From assembly GCA_963726255.1 (NCBI GenBank), contig CAVSBL010000002.1, positions 2,176,001 through 2,240,000 of the forward strand: a stretch of 64,000 nt of DNA. The letters are read 5' to 3'. A program made the position numbers and the translations under genes. Numbering within the stretch: the stretch's first letter is position 1; each line of letters starts with the position of its first letter. Of this stretch, positions 1 through 9,651 are shown piece after piece. The notes below the pieces were generated by a model. The model ran no database searches. It worked only from the letters and a program-made list of their open reading frames with translations, and had not been told where the DNA came from. The DNA is from Candidatus Bathyarchaeota archaeon (GTDB lineage: Archaea > Thermoproteota > Bathyarchaeia > 40CM-2-53-6).

Positions 1-802
1 TTTCACGTCTTTCGCGCAAACCCCCGACCGATGCGAGGCCGTAGAACGCGTTCATGATGTGAGGAATCATCGCCACGACCAAAACCGTCTCGATTCGGCC
101 GATGATGGCTAAGGCTCCAAGTGCAGCCCCCACAGCGAGGCTGCCTGTGTCGCCACTGAAAACTTTGGCTGGATATCGATTGAAGTAATAAAACGCGAGC
201 ATCGCCGCAAGCAACCCCGCCGCGAGAGAAGCGGTTTGTGTTTCGCCCGAAAGTAGCAGGGCTCCTGTTGCGGCAGCTGCGATTATGGCCACCGTGCCCG
301 GCAACGAACCGTTCATGATGTCCATCATGTTCACGGCGTTTGAGGTAACTGCAATAGCTATCGGTATTAGAAATGGATAGACCAAAGTAAGCCTGACAGG
401 TCCGATTATAGGAAAAACCGGTGTTGGCACATAGGCTCCCAAGATTAGGATGGGCAAGCATGAAACGGCCGTGAGAAGGGGCTTCACCCTAGCGCCCAGC
501 GGCCGCAAATCATCAATTATTCCAATTCCTCCGGCAATCAAGACTGTCCCAAGGAATGCTGTAGCTTCCCGAACGAAAGACGGGAGGAGTATCATGTAGG
601 CCGTGGTTCCGATCGTCAGCCCGACCAAGATTGCGAGTCCGCACATTTCGGGCACTTTTACTTTCGAAAGTTTGTGAACATCTTCCCCGGTAATGCCGCG
701 GTGCTTCATCATCTTCGCCACAGCTGGGGTGGCTATGAACGTAACAAGGAAAGTGATGCTGAAAGTGATTGCGACGTAGACCATCGATGGGAGGTCAAGC
801 AT
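1..802 (-). CDS. MraY/GPT-family UDP-GlcNAc:dolichyl-phosphate GlcNAc-1-phosphate transferase (partial, runs off window edge)
   Basis: Not in the ORF track (no stop inside the window). Manual translation from ATG at 802 gives MLDLPSMVYVAITFSITFLVTFIATPAVAKMMKHRGITGEDVHKLSKVKVPEMCGLAI..., a hydrophobic protein with the G-x-D-V-H-K...V-P-E-x-x-G signature. Overlaps the stop of the mutase gene. Confidence 0.85.
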   Translation of the reverse strand, partial: MLDLPSMVYVAITFSITFLVTFIATPAVAKMMKHRGITGEDVHKLSKVKVPEMCGLAILVGLTIGTTAYMILLPSFVREATAFLGTVLIAGGIGIIDDLRPLGARVKPLLTAVSCLPILILGAYVPTPVFPIIGPVRLTLVYPFLIPIAIAVTSNAVNMMDIMNGSLPGTVAIIAAAATGALLLSGETQTASLAAGLLAAMLAFYYFNRYPAKVFSGDTGSLAVGAALGALAIIGRIETVLVVAMIPHIMNAFYGLASVGGLRERRE

Positions 803-2189
803 GCCTTTTGCAACTCTTGATTATGCGTGCGAGTTTCCTCTTGTAGTCGCCCACGACTCTCAGTGCCATGCCTTTCGTGGGAGCCTCTGCCAAAATTCTG
901 AAGATGGGTTCGGTTCCGCTGGGGCGGATTAGGATCCAGGAACGGGGTGGGATCCATACCTTGATGCCGTCTATGTCTAGGGCCTTGCCTTTTCTCGGTA
1001 AGTTGCGGATAGCCTCTGTTACTTGGGGCTTAATTGGGTCTGGGCATGGTATTTTGTCTTTGACGATGTAGGATTTTGGTAGCTGGTTGATTAGTTTGGA
1101 CAGTGGTTGCTTTGTTTCGGCGAGGATTCTGTAGATCATGGCGGTGGTGATTCCTCCATCTCGGGCAGCAACGTGAGGAGCGTAGAAGATTCCGCCGTTC
1201 TCTTCTCCGCCAAGGTTTGCATGTATCTTCAACATGAGGTTCGAAACGTATACACTCCCAACAGGTGTGTAGACGACTTCTCCACCGTATCTCTCGGCAA
1301 TCTCTTCTATTATCATTGACGAGCTAATCGGCGTCACAATTTTCTGGCCGGGATGATGTTCTAAGAAATCCTTCACAATCAGGGCGAACGTATGATCTCC
1401 CCAACAGACAGAGCCATGCTCATCGAGGAAGACTGCCCTGTCACCGTCGCCATCATGTGCGACGCCGAAATCAACATGAAGTGAAGGAAGAAGCCTTGAT
1501 GTCTTTCGAAGGTGTTCCGGTGTTGGCTCAGGCATTCGCCCCGGAAATGTTCCGTCAATTTCGCCGTTTACCACCGAGACTGTTCCACCCAACTTTTCGA
1601 TGATGGTTGGCATGGAAAGGACGCTGACCCCGTTCGCTGCGTCCACCAGTACCTTCAGGTGTGCCTGCCGCGGGATGTTGCCGACATTCTCTAGAATTGA
1701 TTCGACGTAGCCTGAGAATTTCTCGGCTACAGGCAGGGGTGGCTTCACCCTGTCCCAGCTTGTCAACTTCCAATTTGAATTGAAGTAGAGGCGTTCAATT
1801 TTGAGTTCCTCTTCATGCGGGAGCTCAACGCCCATATTTCCCATAACCTTCATCCCATTATACTCGGGTGGGTTATGGCTGGCGGTGATCATTATGCCGC
1901 CCCTCAGCCCCCAGTCTTTTGTCAGAAATTGTAATCCGGGCGTAGTTATCATGCCTAATTTCCAGACCTGGCAACCGACGCTCGCCAACCCAGCGCAGAC
2001 GATTTCCAGGAAGATGGGGCTGGAAACCCGTCCGTCACACCCCACAGCCACGTCAGCACCTTTGAAATATGTTCCAGTTGCCATGGATAATTTCAGAGCA
2101 AGTTCAGCGGTTAGTTCCTTGTTTACTACACCACGGACGCCATTTGTCCCGAAAAGTCTCAGCCCTTCCAACTGATTTCCCAAGCTCAC
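795..2189 (-). CDS. glmM: Phosphoglucosamine mutase / phosphomannomutase (alpha-D-phosphohexomutase)
   Basis: LFGTNGVRG, ITASHNP catalytic Ser, DGDGDR metal loop, GGEENGG, RPSGTEP. Confidence 0.9.
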   Translation of the reverse strand: MSLGNQLEGLRLFGTNGVRGVVNKELTAELALKLSMATGTYFKGADVAVGCDGRVSSPIFLEIVCAGLASVGCQVWKLGMITTPGLQFLTKDWGLRGGIMITASHNPPEYNGMKVMGNMGVELPHEEELKIERLYFNSNWKLTSWDRVKPPLPVAEKFSGYVESILENVGNIPRQAHLKVLVDAANGVSVLSMPTIIEKLGGTVSVVNGEIDGTFPGRMPEPTPEHLRKTSRLLPSLHVDFGVAHDGDGDRAVFLDEHGSVCWGDHTFALIVKDFLEHHPGQKIVTPISSSMIIEEIAERYGGEVVYTPVGSVYVSNLMLKIHANLGGEENGGIFYAPHVAARDGGITTAMIYRILAETKQPLSKLINQLPKSYIVKDKIPCPDPIKPQVTEAIRNLPRKGKALDIDGIKVWIPPRSWILIRPSGTEPIFRILAEAPTKGMALRVVGDYKRKLARIIKSCKRHA

Positions 2190-3292
2190 ATTACGTTTGT
2201 TCCCGGTCGTATGCTTGATTCAATTTCCTTGTAAGGATGAACGATAGCATTTCTCCCGATCTTGACGCCATCGTGAATCTGAACGTACGGTGAAACGACC
2301 GATCCTTGAGCAATTCTCACTTCTCTCCCAACCCTAACTCCGACAGCAAGAATCGACCCTGAAACCACGGAGTTCTTACCTAGCGATACCCCGTCGAACA
2401 AAATGGTACTCGATACTCGGGCGTCCCTCTCTATATGCGCGTTCTTTCCAGCGACCACAAGAGGACCCACAGAAGCCCCGCTCTCTACTCGCGACCCCTC
2501 GCCGAGAACTATTGGCGGTCGGACAACTGCGTCCTCAGCCAATCTTGCGGTGTCAGTCTGGGGAATTGACCCTTTGCCATGTTTTTCGAGCAAGGAAAAG
2601 TTGGCCTTCTGATAATCTGTAAGGCTGCCGATGTCGAACCAGTCGCCTGAAAACGGGAATCCGCTTAGCTTTCCAGCTTTCACAAGAAGTGGGAATATCT
2701 CCCTCTCTAATGAGACCTTGCGGTTTGGCGGAATCATTTTCAGAACTTCAGGTTCAATCACGTAAATTCCAGCGTTAACGAGTCGGCTTGGGGCCTCCTT
2801 TGCCTTGGGTTTTTCAACAAAACGCCGAATCCGCCCGTCAGTATCAAGTTGAACGACCCCAAATCTCGTTGGATCCTTAACCTCATGAAGCGCATCTGTA
2901 ATCAATGCCCCCGTTTGTTCGTGGTGTTTCAACATCTTTCCGAGTTCTATGTTGGCAATCACGTCGCCGTTCGTTACAACGAATGTTTCATCAAAATGCG
3001 CGCCCTCCGAGGCCAGCTTAATGGGACCACCGGTTCCTAGTGGCGCTTTTTCGAGTGAGTACTCGATGTTAATCCCATTGTAATTGTACCCAACTTCGGC
3101 GCGGAGCTGGTCGGCAAGGTAATTCACTGCAAGCACGACTTCGTCGACGCCGATGCCTTTGAGAAGGTCGAGTGTCCAGTAGATCATCGGCTTTCCAAGG
3201 ACGGGAAAAAGGAGTTTAGGTAAGGCATAGCTAATAGGCCGAAGGCGAGTTGCATACCCACCTGCAAGGACTACCGCCTTCATGCCGTTCAC
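2186..3292 (-). CDS. Sugar-phosphate nucleotidyltransferase (mannose-1-P guanylyltransferase/GlmU-like) with hexapeptide beta-helix tail
   Basis: LAGGYATRLRP...PK motif, FVEKP, WFDIG, C-terminal hexapeptide repeats. Confidence 0.9.
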   Translation of the reverse strand: MNGMKAVVLAGGYATRLRPISYALPKLLFPVLGKPMIYWTLDLLKGIGVDEVVLAVNYLADQLRAEVGYNYNGINIEYSLEKAPLGTGGPIKLASEGAHFDETFVVTNGDVIANIELGKMLKHHEQTGALITDALHEVKDPTRFGVVQLDTDGRIRRFVEKPKAKEAPSRLVNAGIYVIEPEVLKMIPPNRKVSLEREIFPLLVKAGKLSGFPFSGDWFDIGSLTDYQKANFSLLEKHGKGSIPQTDTARLAEDAVVRPPIVLGEGSRVESGASVGPLVVAGKNAHIERDARVSSTILFDGVSLGKNSVVSGSILAVGVRVGREVRIAQGSVVSPYVQIHDGVKIGRNAIVHPYKEIESSIRPGTNVM

Positions 3293-3346
3293 GCAAGACG
3301 TTCATAGGGTTAACATTCGCGCTATTTGTGCTTCGGAGCGGGGCGT

Positions 3347-3856
3347 ATGAGAGGAACCTACACTATTGTTTTGGCGTGTGAAAGGCCCATGCGAGTTAGA
3401 TTCGGCAAATTAGGCCGCGCGAATGTGAACGTTGGCTACTATCTCTACACTGGTTCAGCCTTAGGGCAAGGCGCAGTATCTCTAGAGGGAAGGCTTGCGC
3501 GGCATAATCGGACGGTTAAGAAGATGAGATGGCACGTGGACTACCTCAGGTCGCGTCGGGGCTGTAGGTTCAAGGGAGCGGTCTACTTGATTTCCAATAG
3601 GCGCTTAGAGTGCAGAGTCAACCGAGCAATCGCGGACAGCCTGAATACGCAACTGAGCCTTCCGCGCCTAGGTGCCAGCGACTGCAAGTGTGACGCGCAC
3701 CTCGTTAGTGTCGCGGAAGACCTGAGCATCGTCAGATTGCTAAATCGGCTTGAACAGATCTATTCTAGATTCGGACTGCCGCATCTCTATCTGGGGGAAT
3801 CTAGATTGGCTGGCCTTCTTCCCATCGCTTCAAGAAGGCGTCACGGAAAATTCTGA
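3347..3856 (+). CDS. DUF123 / GIY-YIG (Uri-like) endonuclease family protein
   Basis: GTY...GYYLYTGSA...R..RH...WHVDYL...EC...GASDCKCDAHL; ATG at 3347 preferred over TTG at 3326. Confidence 0.8.
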   Translation: MRGTYTIVLACERPMRVRFGKLGRANVNVGYYLYTGSALGQGAVSLEGRLARHNRTVKKMRWHVDYLRSRRGCRFKGAVYLISNRRLECRVNRAIADSLNTQLSLPRLGASDCKCDAHLVSVAEDLSIVRLLNRLEQIYSRFGLPHLYLGESRLAGLLPIASRRRHGKF

Positions 3857-4607
3857 TCAACCCTTGATTTTTGGTGTAGTTTGGACGGAAATAGATAGGG
3901 CGCGGGACAGCGCTTTTCTTCGTCGCCCAGATTACGAAAACAAGTTCGTCGCTGTCCACAAGGGTCCCCCTGACTGGGTACCATTCTTCAGCGCAGTGGC
4001 GCACTTGAATTCCAAGATCGCGCAGTTCTTTGGCTCTTGCCTTCGTTGAGTCGTCTTTCACCATCATCAGAACCTTCATGCTGACCCCACGATCGTGTGC
4101 CTGAAACATCGATTCTCGCACCTTGCTGTACCATCCAAAAGTGTCCGCGAAGATTGACAGTTCCTTCGTGGCGTTTGCAAGAATTCGGGCCGTCCGCACT
4201 TCCATTTCTGGGAGGTCTCGGAGGGGTTCAATGATTTCTTCAGGTCTAATCCCGAGCCTACTTTCCCAGTAAACTGGTTCGAGCAGTTTCTCCAATTCCA
4301 AGGCTACAGCAGTTTCTTGGCTGACTTGGCTTTCGAGCGACCGTTTTCTCTGCTCAAGTATCCTCTGGAGAACGGTCCGGGGTTGGACGACCTCGACCCT
4401 ATTGCTTGAGATTCTCACAAGGCCTTTGTCCGCCAGTGATTTCAGCGAATCCTCCGCGATCGCAGCCGGAATCCCGAATGCGGTGACGACTTTATCTAAC
4501 ATCTCGCCTGCTGGTTGGGAAAGCAACTTTAGGTACACTTTGGACTCCCCTGCGGACAAGCCGAGGGTTTTCAACAGATCCATCGCTTTGCCGGTTTCGT
4601 TAAGCAA
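3801..4607 (-). CDS. TrmB-family transcriptional regulator
   Basis: LKTLGLS.GESKVYL.LL wHTH, L.SL.DKGLV, coiled linker, C-terminal PLD-like effector domain. Confidence 0.85.
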   Translation of the reverse strand: MLNETGKAMDLLKTLGLSAGESKVYLKLLSQPAGEMLDKVVTAFGIPAAIAEDSLKSLADKGLVRISSNRVEVVQPRTVLQRILEQRKRSLESQVSQETAVALELEKLLEPVYWESRLGIRPEEIIEPLRDLPEMEVRTARILANATKELSIFADTFGWYSKVRESMFQAHDRGVSMKVLMMVKDDSTKARAKELRDLGIQVRHCAEEWYPVRGTLVDSDELVFVIWATKKSAVPRPIYFRPNYTKNQGLIRIFRDAFLKRWEEGQPI

Positions 4608-4645
4608 TTGTTTCCAGACTCACATTGTGCGTTGATTGGGGTTAG

Positions 4646-4749
4646 TGGACCGGGCGGGATTTGAACCCGCGACCTCCCGCATGCCAAGCGGACGATGTGA
4701 TCGCATCGTTTGATTCCTCGATGCTCATACCAGGCTGATCTACCGGCCC
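4646..4749 (-). tRNA. tRNA-Ala(GGC) with a 29-nt intron at position 22/23 (intron 4697-4725)
   Basis: Reverse complement folds as GGGCCGG/CCGGTCC acceptor with G3:U70, anticodon loop TTGGCAT, T-arm GCGGG-TTCAAAT-CCCGC. Removing AGCATCGAGGAATCAAACGATGCGATCAC restores the GATC/GATC D-stem (75 nt). Confidence 0.92.
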
Positions 4750-4895
4750 AATGTTCCGAGTGCTTTCCACCTTTGCCTAAAAACCTATGTCCAAGTTTAC
4801 AGCCCGCAGCGCTCAGAGGACTCAAAGACATCCAAAACAGTTCTTGGGAAACTCTTAATTGTCTGCCACATTCCAAATCCCATTCTGCCGAGTAG

Positions 4896-5041
4896 GCCGA
4901 GGTAGCTCAGCCTGGGAGAGCACCCGAACAATTCGTGGTGAAGCTGAAGACCGGGTTGACTACGCCATCGAAAGCGTAGGCCAAATCGCGGATTCAAATG
5001 GAACGCAAAAAACGTTCCTGAAATTCCCGCCCTCGGCACCA
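4896..5041 (+). tRNA. tRNA-Phe(GAA) with three introns (30/31: 4927-4942; 46/47: 4959-4985; 59/60: 4999-5024), CCA encoded
   Basis: Exons join to GCCGAGGTAGCTCAGCCTGGGAGAGCACCCGGCTGAAGACCGGGTTGTCGCGGATTCAAATCCCGCCCTCGGCA-CCA. Each intron has a bulge-helix-bulge-like junction. Confidence 0.9.
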
Positions 5042-5128
5042 ACTCACCTTGGCTTGTTTCAACCGTCATGCGTTGAGCCGAATCAATTATCTGTTACCCG
5101 AACACAGCGGTTGTGAGGTTAAGCTTCA

Positions 5129-5890
5129 ATGCGAGTTGGGTTCGTGCAGTTTAATCCGAGACTGCTTGATGTGGAGGGCAATGTTGATGCAGCAATTCGA
5201 CTCATCGGCAGGAAACGATCTGATCTTATCGTTCTACCCGAGCTTTTCAACACCGGCTATAATTTCCGAACTCGAAAAGAGCTTGAGAGTGTAGCTGAAC
5301 CGATCCCGAGTGGTTCGACGACGCAGGTACTCAGGGACTTTTCAAAGCGAGACGGTACGATGATAGTTGCCGGAGTTGCTGAGCGCAAAGGGACGAACTA
5401 TTACAACTCGGCGGTTGTTGTTAGAAACGGGAAGTACTTGGGAACCTACCGTAAAGTTCACCTGTTCTTTAAAGAAAAGAAATTCTTCAAACGAGGATCA
5501 GAGTTCAAGGTTTTCGGGAACGTGGGGGTTATGGTATGTTTCGATTGGTATTTCCCCGAATCGGCTCGGTCTTTGATGTTGAAGGGGGCCGAGGTCATAG
5601 CTCACCCCTCGAACCTTGTTCTTCCGCATTGCCCGGAAAGCATGAAGATTCGTGCCTTGGAGAATAGGGTTTACACAGTGACTGCGGACCGTATTGGAGT
5701 TGAGCGCGGCCTGCGCTTCATCGGACAATCTGAGATCGTTAGCCCCACGGGGAGGGTTCTCTATCGGGCGTCAGCGAAGAGAGAGGAATCCGTCGTGCGC
5801 GAGGTAAACCTCGCATTGGCGCGCGACAAGGCCGTTACCCCGATGAATAATCTGGTTGGCGATATGGTTCCTGCCGCATATACGCGATGA
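5129..5890 (+). CDS. Carbon-nitrogen hydrolase (nitrilase superfamily)
   Basis: VLPELF, YRKVHL, VCFDW: Glu-Lys-Cys triad. Confidence 0.9.
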   Translation: MRVGFVQFNPRLLDVEGNVDAAIRLIGRKRSDLIVLPELFNTGYNFRTRKELESVAEPIPSGSTTQVLRDFSKRDGTMIVAGVAERKGTNYYNSAVVVRNGKYLGTYRKVHLFFKEKKFFKRGSEFKVFGNVGVMVCFDWYFPESARSLMLKGAEVIAHPSNLVLPHCPESMKIRALENRVYTVTADRIGVERGLRFIGQSEIVSPTGRVLYRASAKREESVVREVNLALARDKAVTPMNNLVGDMVPAAYTR

Positions 5891-5942
5891 TTGCCCGATA
5901 AGCCTTTAATTGAATTAAGCTAGTTAGCGGAATAGAGAAGCC

Positions 5943-6353
5943 TTGACCGCGGAAATAACTGTACGCCAAATCATGCGAACGATCGTTTCCATAGACTCGA
6001 AGGCCAAAGCCAAAGATGCGGCTAGGTTGATGGTGGAGAAGGGCATCGGCTCGTTGATTGCCAATCGGGATGGGTTGCCTTTCGGTATTGTTACTGAGCG
6101 TGATTTGGTGGAGAAGATTGTTGCAGAGGCCACCGACCCATCGAAGCTTACGGTTGCAGACATAATGACGGCGCCGTTGGCTACTATAGATGCTTCAGGG
6201 TCACTGATCGATGCGGCGAGAAAAATGGTGGAGAAACAAGTGAAGCGGCTCGTCGTGACTGAGCATGATAAGATAATTGGGATAATCAGCCAGACTGATT
6301 TGGTGGCGAGCATGACAGACTTTCAGAAGCTAGCGAAGATGGGCATGGCGTAA
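5943..6353 (+). CDS. CBS-domain pair protein
   Basis: Two CBS repeats: GIVTERD...VADIMT and GIISQTD. Confidence 0.9.
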   Translation: MTAEITVRQIMRTIVSIDSKAKAKDAARLMVEKGIGSLIANRDGLPFGIVTERDLVEKIVAEATDPSKLTVADIMTAPLATIDASGSLIDAARKMVEKQVKRLVVTEHDKIIGIISQTDLVASMTDFQKLAKMGMA

Positions 6354-6365
6354 CTCTCTGCTGGA

Positions 6366-8810
6366 CTAAGTTGGTTTCTTCATCGCGTGCCTTTCTTCAA
6401 CTGTTGCGACTACGCGTTTCATTCTGCCTATGACATCTGCATTCAAGGATATGCTGTCTATGCCATTTTCAACTAGGAATTCAACAATTTCTGGGTAGTC
6501 GCTTGGAGCTTGACCGCATATCCCGATTTTGATTCCGTTCTTATGCGCTGTTTTGATTAAGTGTTCAATGGCCATTCTCACGGCCGGGTTCCTCTCGTCA
6601 AAGGTGCTCTTCGCCAGTTTAGCGTTGTCCCTATCCACCCCCAGTACAAGCGAGGCCAAGTCGTTCGAGCCAATGCTGAAACCGTCGAATAGCTTGGAAA
6701 ATTCTTCGGCTAAGAACACGTTCGATGGAATCTCCGCCATCATGTAGACTTGTAACCCACCTTTTCCCCTCTCCAGCCCCTCTGCCTTCATGAGCTCGAG
6801 AACGGCCTTTGCCTCTTCAACTGTGCGCACGAATGGAATCATTGGGATAATGTTGTGGAGGCCTAGTTCCCTCGCTTCCCTTAGCGCCCTGCATTCCAAC
6901 CGAAAGGCTTCTGCGAATTCAGTGTGCGGATACCTGGATGCACCCCTCCAACCAAGCATCGGGTTGTTCTCCCCTTTTTCGAAGATCTCGCCGCCAACCA
7001 GAGCAGCGTACTCGTTAGACTTGAAGTCTGAGAACCTGACTATGACCGGTTTCGGATCCATTGCAGCAGCGACCATAGCAATCCCTCCCCTCAGCTTTTC
7101 CACCAAGAACTGAGGTTTGTCATCGTATCCCTGTGTTCGGGCCTCAATCTCCGTGATGGTTCGCTTGAGGTATTGAACGTCCTTGGTCTTTGGAGGTGCG
7201 CGCAGGAAGTTTTGTGGGTCGCTCTTCAGCTGTTCGTAATTGAGTAGGGCGGCTGGGTGAATTCCGACGCTGTTTCCGTAAACAAACTCGATTCTCAGGA
7301 GACCGACTCCATCAGCTTTCTTTGCGTGGGCGAACGCGCCCTCCGGGACGGCCATGTTCATCATGATTTTGGTTCTGGTTTCTGGGATTGTGCTAAGGTC
7401 GAAGCGTTCAATTTCGAATGGTATTAGCCCATCATAGATGTTTCCGACGCCCGTGCTGCAATCAACGGTTATGGGGTTGCTGTGGTTGTGCAATAGCTGC
7501 GTGACCCGTCGTGCACCGACGACGCAGGGTTTCCCTAATTCTCTTGAGACGATTGCGGCATGAGAAGTGGTCCCACCTTGTTCTGTGACGATTGCGGCTG
7601 CTTTCTCCATTACTGGTTCCCAGGCGGGTGTTGTTTCCCTAGTAACGAGAATCTCGCCTGATTCGAAGTTCTTCATCTCACTCACATCGGCCATTACGTT
7701 GGGTTTCCCTTGCCCGATCTTGCCCCCGACGGCAATTCCTGCGACGAGTAGTTTGCCTTCACCCTTTAGATGGAAAATTTCCTCCAACGTTCCCTTGGAT
7801 GATTGGACGGTTTCCGGCCTTGCCTGCAGAATATAGATAGCGTTGCCTTCTACTGCCCACTCGATGTCCATTCTCTTTTGATAGTGTTCCTCGATCTTCC
7901 GTGCATATTCAACTAGAACTTTGACGTGTTCCTTAGCCAGCGAAAACTTAGCTCTTCGTTTCAGCGGAGTGTTAACGAACACTGTTCCAGCGCTATCGTA
8001 CTTTGCGTAGACTTCTTTCTGCCCTATCCTGCTTCCAACTATTTCCCCGGTCCTTTTGTAAATGTAGAACTTATCCGGGATGACCTTTCCACTAACAACT
8101 GACTCTCCCAACCCCCAATTTGAGTCTATTACAATTACGTTCTCGTTCCCAGAATCAGGGTCGATCGTAAACATGACCCCCGCCGCTTCGCTGTTAACCA
8201 TCTTCTGTATTCCGACGCTCAGGCCCACATCCAAATGATCGAAGCCCTTTTTCGTCCTGTAACTGATCGCTCTATCCGTGAATAATGAAGCAATGCACTT
8301 CTTCGCACACTCCATAACTTTCTCTTCGCCTACTACGTTCAAGTACGTGTCTTGCGCTCCAGCGAATGAAGCGTCCGCCAAGTCCTCAGCGGTTGCACTG
8401 CTTCTAACCGCGACCGGAAGAGCCGCGCCCCCGCTCAATTCCAAATAGCCCTCCGCAACCTGTTCTCTTAGGTGCGGAGGAAACTCTGAACTCAGAATCT
8501 TGGAGCGTATGTTCTTTCCAACTTTCTGAAGGCGCTCAACATCACCAGTATCTAGGCCGGTTAACTGCTCACGAATATGGGCGATTAACCCGGTTTCATT
8601 CAGAAATTCCCTGTAGAAGACGACACTCAACGCAAACCCAGGGGGGACAGGAATGCCAATCCGAGTCAATTCACCTAACGAAGCATTCTTTCCGCCAACT
8701 AACGGCACGTCACGAATCCCGATTCGGTCGAAAGGGATAACGTAGGAAGTCGCGGTCGATACTCCCGACCGCATGTCCTGGTCCAGTTCCGTCACTATTG
8801 GCTTAGTCAT
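6366..8810 (-). CDS. ppsA: Phosphoenolpyruvate synthase (pyruvate, water dikinase)
   Basis: VGGKNASLGE, VAVRSSATAED, ILQARPET, GGTTSHAAIVSRE phospho-His, FSIGSNDL, GICGQAPS. Confidence 0.95.
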   Translation of the reverse strand: MTKPIVTELDQDMRSGVSTATSYVIPFDRIGIRDVPLVGGKNASLGELTRIGIPVPPGFALSVVFYREFLNETGLIAHIREQLTGLDTGDVERLQKVGKNIRSKILSSEFPPHLREQVAEGYLELSGGAALPVAVRSSATAEDLADASFAGAQDTYLNVVGEEKVMECAKKCIASLFTDRAISYRTKKGFDHLDVGLSVGIQKMVNSEAAGVMFTIDPDSGNENVIVIDSNWGLGESVVSGKVIPDKFYIYKRTGEIVGSRIGQKEVYAKYDSAGTVFVNTPLKRRAKFSLAKEHVKVLVEYARKIEEHYQKRMDIEWAVEGNAIYILQARPETVQSSKGTLEEIFHLKGEGKLLVAGIAVGGKIGQGKPNVMADVSEMKNFESGEILVTRETTPAWEPVMEKAAAIVTEQGGTTSHAAIVSRELGKPCVVGARRVTQLLHNHSNPITVDCSTGVGNIYDGLIPFEIERFDLSTIPETRTKIMMNMAVPEGAFAHAKKADGVGLLRIEFVYGNSVGIHPAALLNYEQLKSDPQNFLRAPPKTKDVQYLKRTITEIEARTQGYDDKPQFLVEKLRGGIAMVAAAMDPKPVIVRFSDFKSNEYAALVGGEIFEKGENNPMLGWRGASRYPHTEFAEAFRLECRALREARELGLHNIIPMIPFVRTVEEAKAVLELMKAEGLERGKGGLQVYMMAEIPSNVFLAEEFSKLFDGFSIGSNDLASLVLGVDRDNAKLAKSTFDERNPAVRMAIEHLIKTAHKNGIKIGICGQAPSDYPEIVEFLVENGIDSISLNADVIGRMKRVVATVEERHAMKKPT

Positions 8811-8955
8811 TGCGAACCCTCAAATTCTAAGATTCTACAGCTGAAATTGAGCCCATAACGTATGTACTATATTTCAACGTGCTGAAGTAATACGGAAGCG
8901 CGAGTTTGCAACCCAATGATATTACCAATTTCGGCGAGGTTTTCACTTGTAATCT

Positions 8956-9651
8956 TCACAGTTGTCGTCTAAGCCTCTGACGCCTGAGGGCCATCAATGC
9001 GACAAGTCCAGCCACGAGGCCTATTGCAATTGATCCAACTGGGAATCCCGGAATATTTGTAGTTGATGCGGTTGTAGTTGAGTTTGTCAGCGTGCTCGTT
9101 GCAGTAATCGTGCTGAGCATTAGTTGAGTGATCGTGTAGCTGCCGGACGACAGGTAAGCGACAATAAACCCGTCGGCATCCCTAGTGTTGGAGAAGTTTA
9201 CGAGAACAAGGTCCCACTTGCCAGAACTTGGGAGAGCGACATCAAAACCATACGAGATGGTGCTTTGTTTACTCACGATTGCGTTTGCCGCGTTCCCACA
9301 ACTTCCAGCTCTCAACCAGTCTTGGTAGCTTGTGTCCTGTATGAGATAGAAGTCCAGTGGAATGTCTGATGTGAAATTGCCGGAGGCATATTGGCCCTGA
9401 CTGCCCATGAATGTGAAGTTCCAGAGTTCGCAGTGTAAATTCGTTCCCGTCGTGGAGATTACCTTGAAAGCACGGCTAACCAGTTGCTGTGGCTGCGTCT
9501 GAGATGTAGTTAGACTGCTGCCCACCGTAACCGTACTCGTTGCTATCTGATTGGCTTGCGTTGCAATCGTAATGTTACTGCCGTTGCCAACAACTGCCAG
9601 TAACAATGAAGCGCCTATGATCACAACGATTAGTACATATCGAATTTGCAA
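8956..9651 (-). CDS. Exported surface protein with Thr-rich linker and PGF-CTERM-like sorting signal
   Basis: N-terminal hydrophobic signal; C-terminus TTASTTNIPGFP + hydrophobic helix + RRQRLRR. Confidence 0.75.
   Translation of the reverse strand: MQIRYVLIVVIIGASLLLAVVGNGSNITIATQANQIATSTVTVGSSLTTSQTQPQQLVSRAFKVISTTGTNLHCELWNFTFMGSQGQYASGNFTSDIPLDFYLIQDTSYQDWLRAGSCGNAANAIVSKQSTISYGFDVALPSSGKWDLVLVNFSNTRDADGFIVAYLSSGSYTITQLMLSTITATSTLTNSTTTASTTNIPGFPVGSIAIGLVAGLVALMALRRQRLRRQL

Noticed and set aside
3-461. 152-aa minus-strand ORF from the track
   Set aside because: Alternative frame of the real GlcNAc-1-P transferase gene (1-802), which the track missed because it has no stop in the window.
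4887-4905. GCCGAGTAG just before the tRNA-Phe 5' end GCCGAGGTAG, resembling a duplicated att site or split-tRNA piece
   Set aside because: Only 9 nt and imperfect; no integrase or complementary leader; compatible with chance.
4571-5116. Several 60-100 aa ORFs
   Set aside because: They overlap the two intron-containing tRNA genes and show no protein motifs.
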